Shown piece after piece: positions 28,113-36,973 of a stretch of 49,696 nt of DNA. Position 1 is the first letter of the stretch. Every line of letters begins with the position of its first letter. Position numbers and translations under genes: made by a program. Source of the stretch: a virus (taxonomy: Duplodnaviria > Caudoviricetes); IMG/VR virus record IMGVR_UViG_3300037423_000165, positions 1 through 49,696 of that record. One strand, 5' to 3'. The notes beneath the pieces were generated by a model. The model saw only the letters and a list, made by a program, of their open reading frames with translations, searched no databases and was not told the origin of the DNA.

Positions 28113-28250
28113 GCAAATGCTCATCAAAGCTTATCGCAAGATGCGAAAGGCTTGGCTGAAGTCTAGTAATACTGAGTTCGAAGAGCCTCTAGTAGATTTT
28201 CTTGAAGAATTCGAGGCTCATTTTCATCAACACTTTCCGCTAGGAAACTA

Positions 28251-28442
28251 ATGCAAATCAGTCTTTCTAAAGCGCTGGCAATTATCGACCAGCACAGGGG
28301 AGAAATCCTCAAAGAACGGAAGCAGCATGTCAAGGGAACAGACCAGTATGGTTCACTATCCCGCCGACTAGCCCTGCTCAATCAACTGAAGAAGGAGTTT
28401 TCGCATCTACCTGACACCGACCAAATCCCACTGGGCCTGTGA
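28251..28442 (+). CDS. Hypothetical protein
   Basis: 63 aa, AGGA RBS; overlaps the polymerase 5' end. Confidence 0.5.
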   Translation: MQISLSKALAIIDQHRGEILKERKQHVKGTDQYGSLSRRLALLNQLKKEFSHLPDTDQIPLGL

Positions 28443-30309
28443 TATCGAGGCAGACAACCTGCTCGATAAGGCTACTCGTATCTGGTGTGTTTGTGTCGAG
28501 AACGTAGTTACAGGAGAGAAGGAAAGGTTCACTGATGCCAGCTCGTTTAACAAGTGGCTTCGACAAAATACTGGACTGGATAGTAGAGGCCCTATTTTGG
28601 TTGGGCACAACTTCATTGCTTATGACCTCGTTATGCTTAATCGTTTCTGGCATTCACGAATTCCTATTTCCCGAGTCGTGGACACTTTCGTTCTTAGCCA
28701 GCTTTATTCCCCCAGTTATTCTGGTGGGCATAGCTTGGATGCTTGGGGACAAAGACTAAAACATCCCAAGACAGAACACGAGGACTTCTCATGTCTTACT
28801 CCCGAAATGTTAGAATACTGTGCAAACGATACTTCGCTTACGGCGCTCCTTTTCCGAAGGCTGAGTATCCGAATGCGGCAATTCGGATTTACGGAAAATG
28901 GCGCAACCATAGAGCATCTCGCTTGGAACATCGTGCAAAACAAGCAAAGGAAGAACGGCTTTCCGCTTGATTACGAGAAGGCCCACTTACTCTACACCGA
29001 GCTTCGTGCTCGCGAAGAGGAACTAAGAAAGGAAATCCATGGACTCTGGCCCCCTGAACTTCTCCCGGTTGGAGAGTATAAGTCAGGTCGTAAGCAGAAT
29101 GGAGATTACTCAGCACAGTATCTCCGCCATAAGGAACAATTCCCACGCCTCGAATGGATTGATGACCGGCGATATCGAGCGTATGACTACGTTGAGTTTA
29201 ACCTTGGAAGCCCTAAGCAAAGAACTGAGAAGCTACTTGAGCTAGGGTGGATACCGACACAATTCACCAAGAAGACAGATAAAGGAGGCGGGGGTAACCC
29301 GAAGGTCGATGAAGACAGCCTACTTGCATTCGCCGAAAGTTCGGGGCAAAAGGAAGTCGCGGCCCTCGCCAAATGGATTGTCGTTAACTCACGCGGAAAT
29401 ATGGTTGCCACATGGATGGACGCCTACCGACCCGAAACTAAGGCAATACATGGTAGGCTCTTTATTGCGAGCACCCTTAGATATCGACATTCCCATCCTA
29501 ATTCAGCTAACATCCCTGCGGTCCGAACAGCTAAGAATGAGGCTGGCGAAGATGAAATCCTTCGCGGTGAAGCTGGCGCTTGGACTTACGAAGCTCGTGA
29601 TTTGTGGACTTGCGGTGACCCTGATACTTGGTCTCTGGTTGGAATTGATGGAACTGGCATCCAGAATAGATGCCTTATCCACCATCTCATCTGCACCGTA
29701 GGTGAAGAGGCCGTAAGGCCATTTAAAGACTTAGGCTTGTCGGGTGATATCCACAAGCATAACATCGAAGTGTTAGGACTTGCTAACAAAGCTGCGGCTA
29801 AGAAGTTCTACTACACTCTGATGATGGGCGGACAGGGCAAGCGGCTAGCAGCCGACCAAGCCCAGTTCGGAACTAAGATGACGCCCGAAGAGGGAACGAT
29901 ACTACGCGACAAGATGATTGCGAGTATCCCCGGCTTCGGTATCCTCATCAACAAGTTGCAGAAGCAGCTTGAGAATACGGGACGCATCACGCTCTGTGAT
30001 GGAACACCCATCCTCGTCCCTTCCCCCCACATGGTTATCCCCTACCTTCTACAAGGGGACGAGTCGCGCCTGATGAAACAGGCGATGATTTACGTCGATG
30101 AAGAAGTTCGGAGAGTTGGACTTCAGAACGACATCCTGAAAGTAGCTGACATTCACGACGAGTGGCAGTTTAGAGTTAGGAACGAACTTGTTGAACGCTT
30201 CATTACCTTGGCTCTGCCTTGCTTCCCTCGTGCTGGTAAGAGTTTCGGCTACAAGATACTTATCGAGGGCGATGCAAAGGTAGGCAAGACATGGGCAGAG
30301 ACTCACTAG
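28405..30309 (+). CDS. DNA polymerase family A with 3'-5' exonuclease (T7 gp5-like); non-canonical start inferred
   Basis: ExoI DIE at 28441, ExoII GHN...YD, ExoIII YC-x-x-D, motif A GIDGTGIQNR, motif B, motif C HDE; AAGGAG lies 7 nt before ATC 28405. Confidence 0.93.
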   Translation: MYLTPTKSHWACDIEADNLLDKATRIWCVCVENVVTGEKERFTDASSFNKWLRQNTGLDSRGPILVGHNFIAYDLVMLNRFWHSRIPISRVVDTFVLSQLYSPSYSGGHSLDAWGQRLKHPKTEHEDFSCLTPEMLEYCANDTSLTALLFRRLSIRMRQFGFTENGATIEHLAWNIVQNKQRKNGFPLDYEKAHLLYTELRAREEELRKEIHGLWPPELLPVGEYKSGRKQNGDYSAQYLRHKEQFPRLEWIDDRRYRAYDYVEFNLGSPKQRTEKLLELGWIPTQFTKKTDKGGGGNPKVDEDSLLAFAESSGQKEVAALAKWIVVNSRGNMVATWMDAYRPETKAIHGRLFIASTLRYRHSHPNSANIPAVRTAKNEAGEDEILRGEAGAWTYEARDLWTCGDPDTWSLVGIDGTGIQNRCLIHHLICTVGEEAVRPFKDLGLSGDIHKHNIEVLGLANKAAAKKFYYTLMMGGQGKRLAADQAQFGTKMTPEEGTILRDKMIASIPGFGILINKLQKQLENTGRITLCDGTPILVPSPHMVIPYLLQGDESRLMKQAMIYVDEEVRRVGLQNDILKVADIHDEWQFRVRNELVERFITLALPCFPRAGKSFGYKILIEGDAKVGKTWAETH

Positions 30310-30429
30310 AACCTGTCTGGTGCGAGTGGTGTGGAGATGAAAGCACCGGCGACCCTGAGTATGAATACTTCTGCTCAGATGAATGTAGGAAGGCTGATAA
30401 TGATAGTTGGCTAGACTATCAAAAAACAC

Positions 30430-30458
30430 TTGACAAGAGTAAGAATAAGTAGTATTAT
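30430..30458 (+). promoter_or_regulatory. Sigma70-type promoter upstream of ssb
   Basis: TTGACA-17 nt-TATTAT. Confidence 0.78.
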
Positions 30459-30493
30459 ATACTATAGGTTGTAGTATATGTTAGGAGAATGTT

Positions 30494-31057
30494 TTGAATA
30501 AAGCAGTTGAATTTACTATCCGTGGTCAGATTGATTGGTGCAAGCTACTCGGTCCAGCACGGCCTTACAGCGGTGACCCGAAGTTCGACAAGGGACCTAG
30601 CTGGTCAGTAGAGATTAACCCCGACAGTAAGTCCCGCGAGAAGATTGCGGAGCATGGCCTTGAGGGGAAGTTCAAGATGGACAAGGCAAAGAAGAAGGAC
30701 GGGACTCCGACTAAGAACCCCCGCCCCTATGACTTCCTTCGCCTGACCATTCTTGAGAACAAGAAGGACGGAACCAAGAATAAGAACCCCGAGGTCAAGG
30801 ATGCATCAGGCACCCTGTGGAACCAAGAGGTTGAGATTGGTAACGGTTCGGTAGCAGACATCCTCGTTCGCTACGTCGATTACGGCACGACGCAGGGCCT
30901 CTACTTCAAGAAGATGCGTGTCCTGAAGCTCGTAGAGTTCTCAGGTGGTTCGGACTTCGAGCCGCTGAGTGAAGACGACGAGTTCTTCGGGGCTTCAGAA
31001 GGTGAAGTCGAAAGCGAAGCCTCGGGCGACGACAACCTCGACGATATTCCAGAGTAA
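30494..31057 (+). CDS. ssb: Single-stranded DNA-binding protein (T7 gp2.5-like)
   Basis: P-x-V-x-D..G...IGNGS motif and acidic C-terminal tail; follows the polymerase. Confidence 0.8.
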   Translation: MNKAVEFTIRGQIDWCKLLGPARPYSGDPKFDKGPSWSVEINPDSKSREKIAEHGLEGKFKMDKAKKKDGTPTKNPRPYDFLRLTILENKKDGTKNKNPEVKDASGTLWNQEVEIGNGSVADILVRYVDYGTTQGLYFKKMRVLKLVEFSGGSDFEPLSEDDEFFGASEGEVESEASGDDNLDDIPE

Positions 31058-31211
31058 TGAAGGTCTTCTGAAGAGTTCCCGGCGTTAAATCCGGAAGGCT
31101 TCGGATAGGGGCCGTTGCCCTGACTTAGCAACGGTGGCAGTAGGTTTGGCGCAAGCTTACACACAAAGCAGGGTGGACGCACCCATTGCGCCCCATTTTA
31201 AAGGAAGCAAT

Positions 31212-31370
31212 ATGAACGACAACTATACCACCGACAACACCAAGACCGCGATTGTTACTGCCCTCGTTACTGAGGCCGGTCTTACGCTCACCGACGCCAA
31301 CAAGGCCGTCGAGTTCCTTACGACTGAGGGAGTCATTGATTTCCCCGTCGCCAATGAGCTTTACGCCTAA
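31212..31370 (+). CDS. Small hypothetical protein
   Basis: AAGGA RBS before ATG 31212. Confidence 0.55.
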   Translation: MNDNYTTDNTKTAIVTALVTEAGLTLTDANKAVEFLTTEGVIDFPVANELYA

Positions 31371-31597
31371 TGCTTAGCTGGCTCAAGAACATCTTCACCG
31401 CCGAGGAAACCCCTCTTCAGCTAACTGAAACGCATGAGTTCGGTGTCAGCACCGACGGGATTGCAACCATCCGCCAGATGAAGAACGGTAAGTTCCGTCT
31501 TCTCGTCAACGGCAACGAAGTCATCGGCACCTACGCCCGCCTTCGTGATGCTCGCCGTGGCGCTACACGGAAAGGACTTACTGTTGTCGAAGCTTAA
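31370..31597 (+). CDS. Hypothetical protein
   Basis: TAATG coupling, 75 aa. Confidence 0.65.
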   Translation: MLSWLKNIFTAEETPLQLTETHEFGVSTDGIATIRQMKNGKFRLLVNGNEVIGTYARLRDARRGATRKGLTVVEA

Positions 31598-31844
31598 TCC
31601 TTTTGCTGACTGGTATGACATTTCAAGCGAGAAGTTTCGTGAGTATGTCAGTGAGAGTGGCAGCATCTATCGGGTAGACGCCCCGCAGAAGCTCAAGCTC
31701 AACAAGGTCAGCGGCACTCATTACATCCTAGACGGAACGGGCGTTGTTCATACGCTCACCCGTGGAACCTTCATGGCTTGTCGTTTTCTTGACACCAACG
31801 GTGTCTCATTTACGTCAACGAGTGACGGCGACACGAAGCGATAA
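31584..31844 (+). CDS. Hypothetical protein
   Basis: AAGGA before TTG 31584; start uncertain. Confidence 0.55.
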   Translation: MSKLNPFADWYDISSEKFREYVSESGSIYRVDAPQKLKLNKVSGTHYILDGTGVVHTLTRGTFMACRFLDTNGVSFTSTSDGDTKR

Positions 31845-32749
31845 TGGACCCGAAAACCCTTCCCGAGGGTGGCGTAGCCACCGAAGGTCGTGACCCTAGG
31901 TCACTTCCCGAGGATATCTATAAAATCCTCGACGACGGGACGGACCACGAAGTATCAGAAGACAACGTTCAGTGGGCGGGGGAGGTCTTCAAGGAACTTC
32001 TCCGTTCACGTTTCAAGAAGAAAGAAGAACGCCGTGGCGAGAAGGCTATTTACTTCTCGTCTCTTGGGAAGAAGGATCGTCAGGTCTGGTATGCCGCTAA
32101 TAAGCCGGAGATCGCTGAACCCCTTCTTCCTAAGACTAAGTTCAAGTTCCTCTACGGCGATGCTCTCGAAGTTCTCCTTCTCTTTCTAGCTAAGGAAAGT
32201 GGCCATGATGTCACTCACCTCCAACACCGCGTTGAAATCGATGGTATCGGCGGCTATACTGATGCCGTTATTGACGGGGTGCCTGTTGATTGCAAATCCG
32301 CAAGCCCCTTCGCCTTCGACAAGTTCAAAGATGGACGCTTCGTCTTTGACGACCCCTTTGGATACATCCGACAACTCTCTGGATACGCCCATGCTCTCGA
32401 TAAGAAAGACAGAGCAGGCTTCCTCGTTGCAGACAAGGTTCATGGTGACATCTGCTTCGCAGAAATCGACGAGCATGACATCGCAGCGAATGAACCCAGA
32501 GGACGAATTGAACATCTGCGCTCTGTTGTTGCTACCCCCGAACCTCCCTCAAGATGCTACGAACCCGTTCCGGATGGAAAGTCCGGAAATCTCAAGCTAC
32601 CGACCGGATGCTCATACTGTGCATTCAAAGACGAGTGCTGGAAGGACAGTAACGGCGGACAAGGCTTGAAGAAATACTTCTACGCCTCCGGCCCTCGATA
32701 TCTCACAAGGGTAGTAAAGCCTCCCAAGGTAGAGGAAGCAAATGGGTGA
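31844..32749 (+). CDS. PD-(D/E)XK exonuclease (RecB/Cas4-like)
   Basis: G-x-x-DAVIDG..VDCKSAS, YIRQLSGY, C-terminal CSYC-x-FK-x-x-CW. Confidence 0.88.
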   Translation: MDPKTLPEGGVATEGRDPRSLPEDIYKILDDGTDHEVSEDNVQWAGEVFKELLRSRFKKKEERRGEKAIYFSSLGKKDRQVWYAANKPEIAEPLLPKTKFKFLYGDALEVLLLFLAKESGHDVTHLQHRVEIDGIGGYTDAVIDGVPVDCKSASPFAFDKFKDGRFVFDDPFGYIRQLSGYAHALDKKDRAGFLVADKVHGDICFAEIDEHDIAANEPRGRIEHLRSVVATPEPPSRCYEPVPDGKSGNLKLPTGCSYCAFKDECWKDSNGGQGLKKYFYASGPRYLTRVVKPPKVEEANG

Positions 32750-33299
32750 AAAGAATTGTGCCCATTGCGCAAAAATCTTTGAAACCATTCGCATTAATCA
32801 ACATTTATATTGTTCAGCTACGTGCAGAGATAAAGCCCGCAGAGAACGAGCAACACCCGAGAGAATAATACAGCTTAAAATAGCCAATGAAAAGTGGTTA
32901 ATGTCTAAACAGGATTATATGAGAGAATACCACTTAAAACGAAAGTTTGGTATATCTCAAGAACAATACGACGAACTTCTTGAAAAACAGGGCGGAGGCT
33001 GCGCTATTTGCGGCAAACTCCCTGAAAAAGAAGGGCGAAAATTGGCGGTAGACCACTGTCATAAACCTCCATATGCAATTAGAGGCATCCTCTGTTTTTT
33101 CTGTAATCATAAAATCATTGGTCGGCAAACAGACCCCGAAATCTTTCGAAAAGCTGCCGATTATTTATCACAAGATACCGGGCTGTATGCTCCTAAGAAA
33201 AATAAGAAGGCGAGAACGCCTCGAAAGGAAAGACAATCTCGTGGAAAAAGCGCTAGTAATGTCGGAAAGCGGAGACTGGTTCCTGGTCCCGTGGGATAA
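32742..33299 (+). CDS. Recombination endonuclease VII-like nuclease
   Basis: QGGGCAIC...LAVDHCH...IRGILCFFCN; N-terminal CxxC..YCS-x-x-C. Confidence 0.88.
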   Translation: MGEKNCAHCAKIFETIRINQHLYCSATCRDKARRERATPERIIQLKIANEKWLMSKQDYMREYHLKRKFGISQEQYDELLEKQGGGCAICGKLPEKEGRKLAVDHCHKPPYAIRGILCFFCNHKIIGRQTDPEIFRKAADYLSQDTGLYAPKKNKKARTPRKERQSRGKSASNVGKRRLVPGPVG

Positions 33300-33388
33300 A
33301 CGTGAAACATTTTGGGAGGATGAACTAGAAGAGAAGGCAGATTACGCCGATTATATCGGCAGTCCTTCTTCGGTAAAGATTAAGGACT

Positions 33389-34120
33389 ATGCTCTTGAAG
33401 ACTAAACTGCCAGACCAAAACGTATTGATCCTTGACATTGAATGGAAACCAACTAAGGCTTACGTCTGGGGACCATTCAAACAGTTCATCTCTGATGCCG
33501 CTGTTCTCGAAGACGGAGGCTTACTCTGCGTCGGATTGAAGTGGCTAGGAGATAAGAAGACATACATCTTCTCGGAGTGGGAACACGGCCACGTCGAGAT
33601 GATTAAGAAGACATACGAGTTTATGGAGAAGGCTGACGTCATCGTTGGTTATAACTCCGATAAGTTCGACATCCCTAAGTTGATGGGGGAGGGACTTCTT
33701 CACGGCATCGCCCCCGTCGCACCGACAACCTCCATCGATCTCTACAAGGGCATCAAGAAGATGGGGTTCTTTCGTAACAGCCTTGGCTTCATCGCCCCAT
33801 TCCTCGGCATCGGTCGTAAGATGGAACACGAAGGCATGGCTCTGTGGATTAAAGTAATCAATGGCGACGAACGAGCTCAGCGACGAATGGGACGATATTG
33901 CGGCCAAGACGTCCGACTTACTGAAAGACTATATCTCAAAATTCGACCATATCTCCGAAATCACCCTCACTTGGGTAAGACCGGAGCCGCAGAGTGCCCC
34001 GCATGTGGAGGCGCGCATAATCACAGTCGAGGAACAGTCCGAACCCGTCTCTTCAAGAAACAGCGGCTTCAGTGTCAAGATTGCGGGCATTGGCATTTTG
34101 GAAAGCAAAGCAAAATCTAA
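33389..34120 (+). CDS. RNase H-like / DnaQ-type 3'-5' exonuclease with zinc ribbon
   Basis: LDIE, GYNSDKFD, IDLY, YCGQDV, CPACG...CQDCG. Confidence 0.85.
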   Translation: MLLKTKLPDQNVLILDIEWKPTKAYVWGPFKQFISDAAVLEDGGLLCVGLKWLGDKKTYIFSEWEHGHVEMIKKTYEFMEKADVIVGYNSDKFDIPKLMGEGLLHGIAPVAPTTSIDLYKGIKKMGFFRNSLGFIAPFLGIGRKMEHEGMALWIKVINGDERAQRRMGRYCGQDVRLTERLYLKIRPYLRNHPHLGKTGAAECPACGGAHNHSRGTVRTRLFKKQRLQCQDCGHWHFGKQSKI

Positions 34121-34548
34121 TGGACAAATGGGATTTGCGGTTCCTCAAGGCCGCCGAGGAAGTAGCGAGCTGGTCAAAGGATCCCTCGACGAAGGTCGGG
34201 TGCGTAATCGTAGACCCAGAAAAACAAGTGAGGATGGGGGAGGGGTTTAACGGCTTCCCCCGCTTCATGAGTGACAGCAAAGAACTCTACGAAGACAGAG
34301 ATGTCAAGTATTCTAGGACGCTCCACGCAGAGTTAAACGCCGTCCTCTTCTCACAAAAGACAGAAGGATGCACAGCTTATGTATCCCACCCTTGTTGCAC
34401 TGCTTGTGCTCTTGTTCTTATTCAATCTGGTATTAGCCGGGTTGTTGTTAGGCGACCTACTCCGGACCTGCTTTCTAGGTGGGAAGAGAGCATTAACAAA
34501 GCTGAAGGCTTCTTTGACGAAGCCGAAGTAAGTTATGAGTTAGTATAA
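34120..34548 (+). CDS. dCMP deaminase
   Basis: SKDPSTKVG, GFNGFP, HAE-x-NA, PCCTAC..LIQSGI. Confidence 0.92.
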   Translation: MDKWDLRFLKAAEEVASWSKDPSTKVGCVIVDPEKQVRMGEGFNGFPRFMSDSKELYEDRDVKYSRTLHAELNAVLFSQKTEGCTAYVSHPCCTACALVLIQSGISRVVVRRPTPDLLSRWEESINKAEGFFDEAEVSYELV

Positions 34549-34854
34549 TGGACGAGAGACTGAATAGAATTATTGATTACTTCGAGGCATGGGACTTGGT
34601 GCAATTACTAGGTCTTAGCACCGGAGATATTGTCTCGTCCTTTCCTGACGACATCGAGGATAAACTCGAAGCTCTAGAAGATATCATGGAGATTTACGAA
34701 TGACGATTTCAGTTACAGTTCGAACCACAAAGGAAAATGGTGCGACAGTTGAGGAAATCAGAGGACCGGGCGGAACTAAGACAGAAGTGCCTAAGGATAG
34801 TGAACGACTGTTTCACGTTTGGGGAGAAGGTTTCATTACGGTTCGGGAGAGTAA

Positions 34855-35394
34855 GTGACTAAGAAGCTCTACCTGATAGGTTCGCTTCGTAACGAACGAA
34901 TACTATCCCTAGGCAACAAGATACGAAAGGACAACCCCGACTTTGAAGTTTTCGATGACTGGTATTCTGCTGGCCCTGAAGCAGATGACTATTGGAAAGC
35001 TCACCAGCGGGCTAAAGGGCTCTCGTATCGAGAGGCTCTGGCAGGCCCGGCGGCAAGAAATGTCTTTAACTTTGACAAAAGGCATCTGGACAGCAGTTCT
35101 CATGCTCTACTTGTCCTCCCTGCTGGACGTTCTGGGCATATGGAGATTGTCTATGCTGCTTACGGCGTCGGCTGTAGCACTGCTATTCTCCTCGATTCCC
35201 AAGACGACCGATGGGATGTAATGTATCAATTCATCCCGAACGTTCTACACTCAGATAAGGAAATCAATAAGTGGCTGACATCGAAGCGACCCTCGCAGAA
35301 AGAGGCACTCGTTATGGATCATTCGAAGAACATGCCAAGATCAGCCAAGCCCTCACCCGTGCCATGGTCGCAAGTCGCAATTGGAATAGACTAG
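34855..35394 (+). CDS. Nucleoside 2-deoxyribosyltransferase-like protein
   Basis: LYL-x-GS, F-x-x-D...L, G-x-SGH-x-E-x-x-YA pattern. Confidence 0.7.
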   Translation: MTKKLYLIGSLRNERILSLGNKIRKDNPDFEVFDDWYSAGPEADDYWKAHQRAKGLSYREALAGPAARNVFNFDKRHLDSSSHALLVLPAGRSGHMEIVYAAYGVGCSTAILLDSQDDRWDVMYQFIPNVLHSDKEINKWLTSKRPSQKEALVMDHSKNMPRSAKPSPVPWSQVAIGID

Positions 35395-35555
35395 ACGATG
35401 ACATGAGAGAGGCGCTCCACATTATCAACAATAAAATTGGACGCATTCTAAACGGAGACCCGTGGTATCACGATAGTTGGCACGACATCGTTGGTTATGC
35501 GAAGTTAGTCGCCGATAGATTGGAAAATGATGATAGAAACCGAAGTAATGGCTGA
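35271..35555 (+). CDS. DUF6378-like protein
   Basis: TL-x-ERG-x-RYG-x-F...KIGRILNGD...DSWHDI-x-GYA. Confidence 0.8.
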   Translation: MADIEATLAERGTRYGSFEEHAKISQALTRAMVASRNWNRLDDDMREALHIINNKIGRILNGDPWYHDSWHDIVGYAKLVADRLENDDRNRSNG

Positions 35556-35817
35556 GGGTTGGGAGAATATCGAAGAGCAGGAAGAAGAGGATGATCTCTT
35601 CAAGGATGTCTATGTCGAAACTGCGACGGGATATCTATACGAAGTCCAGTTCTTCGATACTTTCTGCCTAGTTAGAATTGCCTCCCCTAACGTCTACGGG
35701 GAAATCAGGAAGATATCCCATGTCGATTTCTCCGGACGATTTCATGAGTTCACAGGAGACGTCGATGATCTCCATGATTTCTTGCGCGGAGCAAGTCCTG
35801 ATTTCATCATAGGTTGA
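35527..35817 (+). CDS. Hypothetical protein
   Basis: Acidic 96 aa ORF; start uncertain. Confidence 0.6.
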   Translation: MMIETEVMAEGWENIEEQEEEDDLFKDVYVETATGYLYEVQFFDTFCLVRIASPNVYGEIRKISHVDFSGRFHEFTGDVDDLHDFLRGASPDFIIG

Positions 35818-35905
35818 TACGAAAGTGAGCGAGCTCACGCAATGAATATCCACTACTACGACGACAAGACTCGTCGGAAGATACGAAGGTTGGAGAAAGA
35901 GAAAC

Positions 35906-36259
35906 ATGGAAACGAGAGAACAGCAAATCGCCGAGTTGATGTCGGAAAACGAAAAACTCCAATACGACGAAGGAGACGAGCAGAAGATTTTCGACCGTAG
36001 CCAGCACGTTACTCAGTCGTTCATCAACCTCCTAGGGGCCACGGCTACCTTCCGTGACGAGCTTGCCGCCGAGGTTGATGCAGACTCCGCAGCTAAGATG
36101 TCTACTATCCGACAGGACATGGTTGAGGCATATGTCACTGCGATGTATGATCTCTATCGGTTGGGTATCACCCTGAGAATTTCGGATGAAGCCCTTACTC
36201 GATATCTTGATTACCTAAAAGGACCCGAGGATAAGCCTCTGGTAATGGCAGGCCTATGA
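35906..36259 (+). CDS. Hypothetical protein
   Basis: 117 aa helical ORF. Confidence 0.65.
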   Translation: METREQQIAELMSENEKLQYDEGDEQKIFDRSQHVTQSFINLLGATATFRDELAAEVDADSAAKMSTIRQDMVEAYVTAMYDLYRLGITLRISDEALTRYLDYLKGPEDKPLVMAGL

Positions 36260-36385
36260 GTCGAGAAGAAGAACTTCGCCAACTAGAAGCCCTGATTAAG
36301 GCAGGGTTCTCTCGACCAGAAGAGCGAAGACGATACTCCGAGCTGAAAAGTCAGTAGATAAGTCACCGAAGGTGATGTAGATACT

Positions 36386-36428
36386 AAAAAACCCCCTCCG
36401 GCAATTAAGCTAGAGGGGGTTTCTTTTT
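36386..36428. terminator. Bidirectional Rho-independent terminator
   Basis: A-tract, ACCCCCTC...GAGGGGGT stem, T-tract at the convergence of the two arms. Confidence 0.88.
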
Positions 36429-36441
36429 GTCTTAGTGGAAC

Positions 36442-36768
36442 TTAATTGTTGTGATCTGCGTTCCACCCGTTGGCATGTCCGAATTCATGGCAGAGTAGGT
36501 GGGCATAGGAGTATGGGTCTTTGGTGGCTTCTGGATAGAAGCAGGGGTTAGGCATAATTACAATAGGAGTGCCGTTCTTACCTGTGAACTCACACGCCAT
36601 CAATCGCCAGCCCGGTTGAGCTACACCACAGGTATCCTTGGAGTTGGTGTTATCGACAATTATCATTACCGTAGGAGGCGGATTATCCTGATACTTAAGC
36701 GGAGGTAGGTCGTTGCTATAGGGCTTAGCTACCGCTGCTAGCGCCAGTAGAGCTGCAAAGACGTTCAT
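36442..36768 (-). CDS. Small exported protein with HExxH motif
   Basis: Signal-peptide-like N-terminus, four Cys, HEFGH. Confidence 0.65.
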   Translation of the reverse strand: MNVFAALLALAAVAKPYSNDLPPLKYQDNPPPTVMIIVDNTNSKDTCGVAQPGWRLMACEFTGKNGTPIVIMPNPCFYPEATKDPYSYAHLLCHEFGHANGWNADHNN

Positions 36769-36973
36769 ATGCCAGATCATGGTCCTTTACTTGCTTGATT
36801 GTTTCTGGGGTATCATATTTATTACTGACATCCTCTTGGTCTACCCCATGGGCTTCTGAGAACGTAATGCCCTTAGCAATCAGGCAGTAATCACTTATGG
36901 ACCGGACAGTTCCGGTCGTATTTGCTGCACAACTTATCAAGCTCAGCAGGAGCGGGATTGTTGACAGCTTCAT
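36725..36973 (-). CDS. Putative o-spanin (Rz1-like lipoprotein)
   Basis: MKLSTIPLLLSLIS-C lipobox-like signal; overlaps the 3' end of the i-spanin. Confidence 0.7.
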   Translation of the reverse strand: MKLSTIPLLLSLISCAANTTGTVRSISDYCLIAKGITFSEAHGVDQEDVSNKYDTPETIKQVKDHDLAYERLCSSTGASSGS

